From positions 1 through 54,976 of IMG/VR virus record IMGVR_UViG_3300012117_000001: a stretch of 54,976 nucleotides of DNA; one strand, given 5' to 3'. This DNA is from a virus. The position numbers and the translations under genes were made by a program. The notes beneath the pieces were generated by a model that did no database searches, was not told the DNA's origin, and worked only from the letters and a program-made list of their open reading frames with translations. This document shows, piece by piece, positions 38,003-45,298 of the stretch (positions are counted from its first letter, which is position 1; the number at the start of each line of letters is the position of its first letter).

Positions 38003-38917
38003 TTACTCCATTACTTTATTTTTAGAGGCAAGGCTCGCAACAATACCAATCAGCAGAGTTACAGCTACAATACCAAGGGAAATTTGATTTTGGATTTCAT
38101 ACCCAAATGCAGCGGCAATTAATTTGCCGCCAATGAATACTAGTAAAGCGATAACAGCTTTATCTAAATGACAAAGTGAGTCTTTTGCAGCTTCCAGCAC
38201 AAAGTACAATGAGCGAAGCCCCAGGATTGCAAACATCATTGCTGAATAGACAATCAACTTATCGTGACTGACAGATAATACTGCGGGAACACTGTCAAAG
38301 CTGAACATCACATCAGATAATTCTATTACGAAAAGACATACCAAAAGTGGCGTTGCATATTTAATGACACCGACTTTATGGAAGAATTTTCCTGATGGGT
38401 AGGATGGATAAATCTTGTATAGTTTACCAATCACCTTGATAGCGGGATGTTTATTGTAATCCACTTCCTGCTCTTCATTACTACCCAGCATTTTCCATGC
38501 AGTGAATATAATGAATGCACCGAACATAACCGACACTGACCAATGCATATCTAAAAGGCCACCACCAATTACAACAAACAAGCCACGGAATACGACTGCA
38601 CCAATAATCCCATAATGTAAGATACGGTGACGATACTGTCCTTCTATACCGAACCAAGCAAATACAGCCATGATGGCAAAAAGATTATCAACAGATAATG
38701 TCTGTTCAATCATCCAACCTGATGCAAACTGCGTAGCAAGATCTAAACCATGAGTTAAATACAAATACAGGCCAAACACACCTGAAACAGTCATCCATGC
38801 GATTGTCCATAGACTTGCATTTAAAATACTTACCGGATGATTCCCACGGTGATAAAACAAATCCATAGCAAGCATTCCCAGCGATAACGCCAGAAATACG
38901 ATAATATCAGCATTCAT
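38003..38917 (-). CDS. terC: TerC-family integral membrane protein
   Basis: 304 aa with multiple TM segments and the TerC signature EQTLSVDNLFAI. GGAG lies before the ATG. Confidence 0.85.
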   Translation of the reverse strand: MNADIIVFLALSLGMLAMDLFYHRGNHPVSILNASLWTIAWMTVSGVFGLYLYLTHGLDLATQFASGWMIEQTLSVDNLFAIMAVFAWFGIEGQYRHRILHYGIIGAVVFRGLFVVIGGGLLDMHWSVSVMFGAFIIFTAWKMLGSNEEQEVDYNKHPAIKVIGKLYKIYPSYPSGKFFHKVGVIKYATPLLVCLFVIELSDVMFSFDSVPAVLSVSHDKLIVYSAMMFAILGLRSLYFVLEAAKDSLCHLDKAVIALLVFIGGKLIAAAFGYEIQNQISLGIVAVTLLIGIVASLASKNKVME

Positions 38918-39064
38918 CTAATTCTCCATTTAGTTAGATTTAAGAGCTGTTTAAAGACATGCTCAGGTCTTAGAGGGTATTACTGAAGTTTTGTATAATG
39001 GCTTCCAACATTTGTATTTAGCGTGTATTCACCACGAGGTTCACTCTAAATAAATTAGTTTTAT

Positions 39065-39283
39065 TTAGTTGGTAGGCACTTGATACTGCTGTTCTGGACC
39101 TTTATTAGCATCCACAGCTACACCACCATTACCATCGGTTGTTACGGTAGTACCTTTGCCCACATGTGCATGAGTTACGACGGTGCCATCAGCTGCTTCT
39201 ACTTTGGTATAGCCAGTGTTTGAACAAGCTGTAACAGCACAGACCGTGACCGCAGCCATAGCAAACAGAATTACTTTCTTCAT
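39065..39283 (-). CDS. Small lipoprotein
   Basis: 72 aa. The signal MKKVILFAMAAVTVCAVTAC-SNTG ends in the lipobox VTAC. Confidence 0.75.
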   Translation of the reverse strand: MKKVILFAMAAVTVCAVTACSNTGYTKVEAADGTVVTHAHVGKGTTVTTDGNGGVAVDANKGPEQQYQVPTN

Positions 39284-39757
39284 TATTAAACCTATTATTG
39301 TGAGATGGTTGGTAGTTTTACAACGTTCCGGTTGCTGGTTTTACTTAGTTGTCCATTTCAACGCAAACCACTAATGCTGGTTAAACAGGATTATCGATTC
39401 CAAGCTCAGCAAAGTTTCTTTGGTCTGACTGAGTTACCGCAACTTATTAAGAGTCTGTTCTCTGATACTGTTTTAGGAAGTAACCACCTCAAGGCTGAGC
39501 TGCTTGATTCAGGTTGCCAATTTATACACAATCAACATTGTGTTGTTAGACTCCCACTAACCCTGCAACATGTTGCTTAAGTCTCGTTATTTAAAGTCGC
39601 ACACTCCCTCGACTTTGTTGCTCAGGTAGCACAGTCTGCAAGGCCGAACGACCGGACTTTTAACTTGCAGGTTGCCTGAACTTGTTCTTTACGAAAACCA
39701 CACGGACTCATCATTGTCAGGATTGAGCAGTTTAATTCCATACTCAGGGCTGGTACC
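39284..39757 (-). other. ORF-free stem-rich tract (candidate structured RNA / long UTR)
   Basis: 474 nt with no credible ORF or SD. Stems include AAAGTCG/CGACTTT (39593-39616), CTGCAAG/CTTGCAG (39636-39670), the palindrome GCAACATGTTGC (39565-39576), and nested CTCAG..CTGAG with CAAAG/CTTTG. Confidence 0.35.
39368..39376 (-). promoter_or_regulatory. Degenerate motif copy upstream of the lipoprotein gene
   Basis: The minus strand reads CATTAGTGG-TTTGCG, differing from the core at one position. It lies 85 nt upstream of ATG 39283. Confidence 0.25.
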
Positions 39758-39782
39758 AAACTTACCTTTGTCAGGTAAGTTT
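39758..39782. terminator. 10-bp perfect hairpin after the acidic ORF (bidirectional-type)
   Basis: AAACTTACCT-ttgtc-AGGTAAGTTT starts 7 nt after the stop at 39790. The A/T runs sit within the stem ends. Confidence 0.45.
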
Positions 39783-39789
39783 AGAATTC

Positions 39790-40008
39790 TTATTGTTCTT
39801 CGTCGTCAAAATAGCCACCATCATGTAGAGACTCTGAATAATATCCCCAGTTATCTACTCCGCCATTTTCAAGACAATTTCGCCACAGTGCGTCATCTTC
39901 CGAAGATTTAATATACTCTTCCAACTCAGCTTTAAACTCTTCTGCCATACCATTCTCTTCTGAATTTAGATGGGACAGAAGATCTTCAAACTTTTTAATT
40001 AAACTCAT
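39790..40008 (-). CDS. Small highly acidic protein (DNA-mimic/anti-defence candidate)
   Basis: 72 aa with GGAG 7 nt before the ATG. It has 20 D/E against 5 K/R and ends YFDDEEQ. Confidence 0.7.
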   Translation of the reverse strand: MSLIKKFEDLLSHLNSEENGMAEEFKAELEEYIKSSEDDALWRNCLENGGVDNWGYYSESLHDGGYFDDEEQ

Positions 40009-40287
40009 GATAACTCCATTGTTTGGTGTCTGCTCCGGGACTTTAACCCGGTGACATACTGGTATTGTCTGCGAGGCAGATGAACGTACCCAGTACCTCC
40101 GCTACAATCGGAGTCCAGCAGACATAATTTTGAATCCCGTTTGTTAATCACAGACGGGAAAACTCTGTGTAGAAATTCGGTGACGAGGCTTCTATTCAAC
40201 CTCGGAGTTATTGCTTACGCAGCAACTCGGATAAGATCATCGTTTGCATTTACTTTATGGTAAAAACAGTCGCGATATTTCCACGGC
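40009..40287 (-). other. Hairpin-dense leader of the acidic ORF (candidate structured RNA)
   Basis: Five consecutive stems:
- CCGGG/CCCGG (40034-40050)
- TCTGC/GCAGA (40067-40079)
- CTCCG/CGGAG (40096-40112)
- CCCGT/ACGGG (40135-40157)
- CGAGG/CCTCG (40183-40203)

The 64-aa ORF listed here has no ATG or SD support. Confidence 0.35.
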
Positions 40288-40373
40288 GAAAACTTCAGAG
40301 AGTACTTGAAGACCAACTACTTTTACGTTGCAACACGCGTATGTCTGGCGTAGGGCAACAAGTACTCTCTGAA
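40288..40373 (-). terminator. Long rod-like hairpin plus U4 (terminator or stable RNA 3' end)
   Basis: The arms CTTCAGAGAGTACTTG (40292-40307) and CAAGTACTCTCTGAAG (40358-40373) form a perfect 16-bp stem. The 50-nt interior is foldable. On the minus strand the stem is followed directly by TTTT (40288-40291). Confidence 0.5.
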
Positions 40374-40418
40374 GCCCACTCTTGCGAATGGACTCCTTAA
40401 GACCTGAGAGCTCAGATC

Positions 40419-40781
40419 TTATTCAGCAAACAGTTCACCTGCTTCTGCTACAACTTCAGCTACATCTTCTGCAACTGCTTCACCACCAACCACAGCAACT
40501 TCGACAACTTCTTTCTTAGGTGTGTCGAAAACAGTGCGCTCTACTTCAGGAGAGCCGTTCTCCAGCCATGGGATGTAGAATGCCAGGAATTCAGTTACCA
40601 GGTTCACAGCCTGCACACGAGCACGGTCAATTTTGCCGTTGGTGTTTGCAAAGGCTTCCGCAGCAGCGGCGATTTTCACAGCATTTTCAATCTTGAAATC
40701 ATGAGCGTCTGCTTCAGCAGCAGTTGCGAACTGTGAACCGTCATTTGCTTCGAACATCTGGATTTGAATAATCTTTGCCAT
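40419..40781 (-). CDS. Hypothetical Ala/Glu-rich protein
   Basis: 120 aa with an acidic C-terminal tail, VAEDVAEVVAEAGELFAE. Confidence 0.6.
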   Translation of the reverse strand: MAKIIQIQMFEANDGSQFATAAEADAHDFKIENAVKIAAAAEAFANTNGKIDRARVQAVNLVTEFLAFYIPWLENGSPEVERTVFDTPKKEVVEVAVVGGEAVAEDVAEVVAEAGELFAE

Positions 40782-40830
40782 CTTTGTTTCTTTTCCTTCT
40801 GTATTAACAGATATTATTTAATTAAATATT

Positions 40831-41514
40831 TTATTGAATAAAGCCTTCACCCGTGGAGGTGTTAAAATAGGCTAATGCATGGGTCGCCACTTTTTCGATG
40901 GTGACATCATCATAATCAAGTTTGATACTGTTATTTCCCTGAATTTGGATACAACAGAATCTCCCAAGACCATTAACGAATAAACGATTAATTCGGTCAC
41001 GAAATTCCATATTCGCATCACTCACTAAATCACGTACCATACGTAACTGTGATTGAGGCTTAAGTTTCCCATAACCTTTTTTCTCAAACGCTTTATCGAG
41101 AATTAATTGAAGATCTTTGGTTTGAGTATTCCAGCCAAGACCTTCTAAGACACGCAGGACGGATAGGATTAACATCTCAGGTTTGGAATAAGTCCCTGCC
41201 CGATTGAAGTTAAAAACACCGTCTGGCGTCAAACCTTTGGTGGTAGTGCCACGCTCATATACCCTATCTTCTTCCTGCAAAGCTGTTAACAGAACATGCC
41301 TGTCAACGTGTCGCATTTGATTCAAGCCGCTTCGCGTAGCTCTAATTAATCTTACAGCCTCTGCTATTGTTACTTTAATCCATTCTCCCCGCTCACTACC
41401 TGAGAAAAATGGTTTCCAGTAGAAGAGGCGGTTTTCACGAACTAAGTAAACAACATCTAATTCTTGTAGCCACTGTTTAGAAACCTCAATGGCTATATCC
41501 TTATTGTCGCTCAA
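40831..41514 (-). CDS. Hypothetical protein
   Basis: 227 aa with a TTG start and AGGA ~6 nt upstream. It is the first gene after the motif copy at 41552. Confidence 0.55.
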   Translation of the reverse strand: MSDNKDIAIEVSKQWLQELDVVYLVRENRLFYWKPFFSGSERGEWIKVTIAEAVRLIRATRSGLNQMRHVDRHVLLTALQEEDRVYERGTTTKGLTPDGVFNFNRAGTYSKPEMLILSVLRVLEGLGWNTQTKDLQLILDKAFEKKGYGKLKPQSQLRMVRDLVSDANMEFRDRINRLFVNGLGRFCCIQIQGNNSIKLDYDDVTIEKVATHALAYFNTSTGEGFIQ

Positions 41515-41551
41515 TCTTCGTCCTGTTAATTATTGTTATTAGAACCACCCA

Positions 41552-41560
41552 CAACTAATG
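41552..41560 (-). promoter_or_regulatory. Candidate phage-RNAP promoter
   Basis: CATTAGTTG-TGGGTGG lies 38 nt upstream of the start at 41514. It is immediately downstream of the hairpin at 41572-41596. Confidence 0.55.
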
Positions 41561-41571
41561 CAACAGAATTA

Positions 41572-41596
41572 AGCTGTACTCACAACGAGTACAGCT
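41572..41596 (-). terminator. Stem-loop after the SSB-like gene
   Basis: AGCTGTACT-cacaacg-AGTACAGCT forms a 9-bp stem 16 nt after the stop at 41612. On the minus strand it is followed by TAATTCTGTTG. Confidence 0.45.
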
Positions 41597-41611
41597 CTAC
41601 TTGCATCAACT

Positions 41612-42019
41612 CTAAAACGGGATTTCGTCATCAAAATCAATCGGTGGATACTCGTTTGAGCCACTGCTCTGATTTGATTGATTAACCTGTGTGTTCTGGG
41701 ATTGCGCCTGATTCTGTGACTGTGACTGCTGTGTTGCCTGTTGAGCAGCTTGCGTATTAGGTTCAGGCTGTGGTGCACGGCTGGTAACATATTTAGCGAT
41801 ATCTTCATCAGTCATCTTAGTGAACTGGAAAGATTGGTATTTAGCACCTGTTGTACGAGAGGCACGAGTCCAGGAACTCACCCAGTACCAGACCCCATCA
41901 ACCATTGCACGTCCACGTGCGTTAGGATGTTTGTCTGTGGTACGTTGCTCGTTCTTATACAAAACCCCACGCATATTCTCATCGAAAGGTTTATTTGTTT
42001 CAGCTGCTGCTTCTGACAT
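41612..42019 (-). CDS. SSB-like protein with canonical acidic C-terminal tip
   Basis: 135 aa made of a ~75-aa N-terminal domain, a Q/N/S-rich linker and a terminal IDFDDEIPF matching the bacterial SSB tip (DDDIPF). The N-terminal domain is shorter than, and unlike, the E. coli SSB OB fold. Confidence 0.5.
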   Translation of the reverse strand: MSEAAAETNKPFDENMRGVLYKNEQRTTDKHPNARGRAMVDGVWYWVSSWTRASRTTGAKYQSFQFTKMTDEDIAKYVTSRAPQPEPNTQAAQQATQQSQSQNQAQSQNTQVNQSNQSSGSNEYPPIDFDDEIPF

Positions 42020-42164
42020 AATTATTTCTCACATTATTACAAGTTAAGTGTTATCTGCGTTGGTGAATAACGCGCAGAAATATTTGAAATACAAATAAGA
42101 AAAGGCACTGTAGTAACATGTGATACCCACATGCTTTTAAAAATACCTTTGATTTATTTGAACT

Positions 42165-42512
42165 CTAATTGGTTTTGGTAACTAATAATTTCTTAGCCAA
42201 CTCCAACATTTCAGTACGCATTGTGTGATTATAATAAATTACATCACTACGCTTACCTGAGTTAATGGAGTATTTAAATACCAACCCATTAATGATTTGC
42301 TCGATGCTATCCATTTTCTTTGATTTCAAATCACGAACTAAAACAAAATTGGATGGATTGAAAATTTCAAGAATTTCCGCACGAGCAGCAGAGTTAATAT
42401 AAGTACAACCTTTACGGCCAAGATTTGCTTTCTTAACACGAAGCCCCAGCATACCTCTAATGGGTGTATTAGGACTACTCTTCCAACGAAGAGATTCATT
42501 TATGTATAACAT
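42165..42512 (-). CDS. Hypothetical protein
   Basis: 115 aa, basic, with no motif recognised. Confidence 0.55.
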   Translation of the reverse strand: MLYINESLRWKSSPNTPIRGMLGLRVKKANLGRKGCTYINSAARAEILEIFNPSNFVLVRDLKSKKMDSIEQIINGLVFKYSINSGKRSDVIYYNHTMRTEMLELAKKLLVTKTN

Positions 42513-42517
42513 ATGGA

Positions 42518-43072
42518 TTAAGGTTTATTGAAGTAGTTGTGGTTATAGGATACATGGTTGGAATCAAGCATTACGTCTCGAGCATAATCGTCCCAATTAA
42601 AATATGATTTATACTTTTCAGGGATAGAATCCATCACAAGATCTTCGTAATAGGACATGACAAAAGAAACGTCATTGCAATGATAACCAATATAAGCATC
42701 ATTGATATATTCAGGTTTAATCTCACATTCAAGTCCGGCACAGAATGTCTCTATATCCAAGCCACCATTATCAAAAGCCTCTAAGGCTTCTTCATAACCT
42801 TTCCAATCGAAAGTGTCATAGCTCCCATGGAAATGGCTTGTCAGTTCGTCATCAGTGTCTATAACTTCCCAATCTCTGTTCAGAACCTCTGCTGTGGCCT
42901 CTGTTCCCCAGATATCCTCCAGGTAGTTACGAAGTCCACCAGCTGCACAGATGTCTCCAGCTGGAAGGTGAATATGAGCCTCATTCAAGCCATAGAACAA
43001 GATGGTTAGATTCTTACAGGAAGGTCTGCCCGATTGTGTATTCAGATCATTTACTAACTTAGGTATATCCAT
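42518..43072 (-). CDS. ArdA-like antirestriction protein (tentative)
   Basis: 184 aa and very acidic. The C-terminal part (DSIPEKYKSYFNWDDYARDVMLDSNHVSYNHNYF) resembles the conserved ArdA C-terminal pattern IPE..YFD.E.FARD..L. Confidence 0.4.
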   Translation of the reverse strand: MDIPKLVNDLNTQSGRPSCKNLTILFYGLNEAHIHLPAGDICAAGGLRNYLEDIWGTEATAEVLNRDWEVIDTDDELTSHFHGSYDTFDWKGYEEALEAFDNGGLDIETFCAGLECEIKPEYINDAYIGYHCNDVSFVMSYYEDLVMDSIPEKYKSYFNWDDYARDVMLDSNHVSYNHNYFNKP

Positions 43073-43074
43073 AT

Positions 43075-43518
43075 TTATCCTTTGCTAGTGAGCAGGTAGA
43101 CATATGATTGGTCACCAAATGGGTGCTTGAATACACGTACAAAGCCAAACTCATGCCATTTAGTTACTTGTTCATTCACGTCTGTAAGTGAACCATAAAC
43201 TTTTCGTCCATTATCTTCGAAATGAAAATCCTTAGACCTGAACTTAATTACACCTTCAGTAACACGATGCATTTTAGGTTTCATCCAGAGACGGCTTCCA
43301 TAATGGAAACTTCCTGCTTCTTCCACTAACACATCACCACTGTTACCGCAGGTTTTAATATAATCTTCTATTTGCTTTCTAAATTCTGGAATATCTTCAA
43401 TAGTCCTCATACCTCCAATGGTACGAGTAACCTTTTTATTATTGATATTACGAATACAGGCAGCACGGCTCACCACTTTACCAAGTGGATTGTTGTTCTC
43501 AATCTCAGTATTAATCAT
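43075..43518 (-). CDS. Hypothetical protein
   Basis: Start set to ATG 43518, with AGGAG 10 nt upstream. The listed 43608 start is GTG and overlaps the upstream gene. 147 aa. Confidence 0.5.
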   Translation of the reverse strand: MINTEIENNNPLGKVVSRAACIRNINNKKVTRTIGGMRTIEDIPEFRKQIEDYIKTCGNSGDVLVEEAGSFHYGSRLWMKPKMHRVTEGVIKFRSKDFHFEDNGRKVYGSLTDVNEQVTKWHEFGFVRVFKHPFGDQSYVYLLTSKG

Positions 43519-43591
43519 GAGGTGGGTACTCCTATGTAAATTGGAAATGCCCTCACGTATGAAGACATTGCTAATTTCACAGATATAAAGA

Positions 43592-43792
43592 TTAGTCGAA
43601 TAACGCACTGAACAGACAGTCTACAGCCACGAAAGGCGTAGCAATGGCTAGTGCTGCAACTGATGCAGTAACTACACCAATTTCTTGTACAGGTTTGCAT
43701 GGGATTGCCATAGTAGGAATTGCAATTGCACTCCCAACTAAAACCCCAGCCTCAACACCAATATCACTAATAATTGATTTCTGGTGGTCCAT
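43592..43792 (-). CDS. Small Gly/Ala-rich membrane protein
   Basis: Start set to ATG 43792, with GGAG 5 nt upstream. The 66-aa product has two hydrophobic segments (GVLVGSAIAIPTMAI; VVTASVAALAIATPFVAV). Confidence 0.55.
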   Translation of the reverse strand: MDHQKSIISDIGVEAGVLVGSAIAIPTMAIPCKPVQEIGVVTASVAALAIATPFVAVDCLFSALFD

Positions 43793-43862
43793 GATTTCTC
43801 CAAACAAAGTGAAATGTTTAATACTAAAATTAAGCCCCAATTTCTCGGGGCTTATTATTAAT

Positions 43863-44921
43863 TTAGCTCAACGCATAACGAACGATACGGGAATCAACTG
43901 TTTCGTCATAGGTAATTTTCAGAGCGTCTTTAACTTCATCTTTCGTCATTTTGGTGACTAAATCCCATGGAAGAAACGCTCCTGGTTTACCATCATATGC
44001 ATTTTTAAGATACATGTTGTGCCCAGCGAAACGCCAACGTTCAACTTCTTCCAAGACAACGACCTGACCTTGGTTAAAGCCTGCAATACATTGGTTCACA
44101 CGGAAGACATCGCCATTCTGGTAACCTTTAATTTCGTACTCTTCTGGGAAGCACTCGACAAAAGCTGTAACATTCCCGTAGTGCAACTTACCCGATACGA
44201 CCTCTTTGAACTGAGGGAAATAACTTCTATCGTCACGATTCAATTGAACCAGTGTACCGGCACGGATATGACCAGTAATCTCGGTAGCTTTGAAGTATTT
44301 ACCTTTGGTGATGCCAGCTTGTTCCGCTGGAGTTGGAACGTAGACTTCGAGGGAATCCAGGTTGACATAACCGAGAGTACCAGTGCTGATGACTTTAAAG
44401 CGTGGATTTCGAGAATTATCATCTAAATGTAGTTTTACAATTTCACCATCTTTGATATTTACAGCAATATCAGATGAGCGTTTCACACGAAATACAGTTT
44501 CACTGTTCCAGCCTTTTGCTTGAAATGGTGTTTGACTGCATTCTTGCAGGGAACTAAGTTGCACAGGTTTCACTAAATCACTTGAATCCACAAAATACGG
44601 TGCAAAAGTACCATCGTCAGAATAGAGCTTAACCTCTACACCTTCTGAAAAGAGGTTGCCAGAGCTGATTACGACCAGTCGAGTGTATTTATCCCAACCC
44701 TTGCTGGTAAATGGAGTGGTTTCTGGAGTGGTTTCTGGTCGTACACGAGAAACATCAACCCAGTCCCATGTCCCACGCTCATTCTTAAATGATACAAGGT
44801 GTGTTCCATCATCATGTGTCAGGGTAATAACATCGCCTATACTAAGACGGTTATTATGTGAGACCCCTGTTAATACATATTTCTCCCCGTAGACAACACC
44901 GTTATTGCTTGCAATAGTCAT
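43863..44921 (-). CDS. Repeat-domain protein, paralogue A (five ~65-aa modules)
   Basis: 352 aa. Each module has a G..V.L..DD.S..P.F core, for example VITLTHDDGTHLVSF, VKLYSDDGTFAPYF, VKLHLDDNSRNPRF and VQLNRDDRSYFPQF. Confidence 0.7.
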   Translation of the reverse strand: MTIASNNGVVYGEKYVLTGVSHNNRLSIGDVITLTHDDGTHLVSFKNERGTWDWVDVSRVRPETTPETTPFTSKGWDKYTRLVVISSGNLFSEGVEVKLYSDDGTFAPYFVDSSDLVKPVQLSSLQECSQTPFQAKGWNSETVFRVKRSSDIAVNIKDGEIVKLHLDDNSRNPRFKVISTGTLGYVNLDSLEVYVPTPAEQAGITKGKYFKATEITGHIRAGTLVQLNRDDRSYFPQFKEVVSGKLHYGNVTAFVECFPEEYEIKGYQNGDVFRVNQCIAGFNQGQVVVLEEVERWRFAGHNMYLKNAYDGKPGAFLPWDLVTKMTKDEVKDALKITYDETVDSRIVRYALS

Positions 44922-45016
44922 GCGTTAATTCTCTTATTCATGTTTAATAGGCGTGCAGAAACTAGTGAGCTGTTAGCAACTCACTTCATCGCACAGATTT
45001 TTACGAAATATTCACC

Positions 45017-45042
45017 ATATCCCTATTTAACAATAGGGATAT
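45017..45042 (-). terminator. 11-bp perfect hairpin after the 50-aa ORF
   Basis: ATATCCCTATT-taac-AATAGGGATAT lies 28 nt after the stop at 45070. No U tract. Confidence 0.35.
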
Positions 45043-45069
45043 AATTAATGTTTCACAATTTATCCACCT

Positions 45070-45222
45070 TTATATTACTTGTTCTAATTTTCCTAGCATG
45101 TTGTCCATGTTCACACCAGCCTCTCGGCAATAGTAATGGAATTGTCCAACATCACCATCAAATATATCCGTTATAAAATGATAGATTACTCGTGCTTCTT
45201 CTTTATTAAGGATTGTTTCCAT
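45070..45222 (-). CDS. Small hypothetical protein (50 aa, below ORF cut-off)
   Basis: AAGGAGG lies 4 nt before ATG 45222. The product is METILNKEEARVIYHFITDIFDGDVGQFHYYCREAGVNMDNMLGKLEQVI. Confidence 0.6.
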   Translation of the reverse strand: METILNKEEARVIYHFITDIFDGDVGQFHYYCREAGVNMDNMLGKLEQVI

Positions 45223-45298
45223 TCATCCTCCTTTATTAATAGGCTACTCTGGCTCGTTGCCATTTCGCCTATGTGTTCTCAATTGATGCGGAGTATTA

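Noticed and set aside
38918-39064. Possible yybP-ykoY (Mn) riboswitch in front of the TerC-family gene
   Set aside because: TerC-family genes are often riboswitch-controlled, so I looked for one. The 147-nt leader is AT-rich and lacks the conserved GGAGAGUAG-type core and four-helix architecture. An Infernal scan would settle it.
39305-39911. Plus-strand ORFs 39305..39580 and 39672..39911, and 35276..35497
   Set aside because: They lie on the wrong strand relative to flanking operons and have no SD. They traverse hairpin-rich non-coding tracts or overlap real genes.
40005-40199. 64-aa minus-strand ORF upstream of the acidic gene
   Set aside because: It has a non-ATG start and no SD. It runs through five consecutive GC hairpins, and its Arg/Ser/Cys-rich product is typical of out-of-context translation of structured RNA.
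39284-40418. tRNA genes or a group I intron in the structured tracts
   Set aside because: I could not assemble a cloverleaf with a T-loop GTTCRANNC or a D-loop, nor the P3-P9 core of a group I intron. No flanking gene is interrupted. This was not an exhaustive search; tRNAscan/Infernal should confirm.
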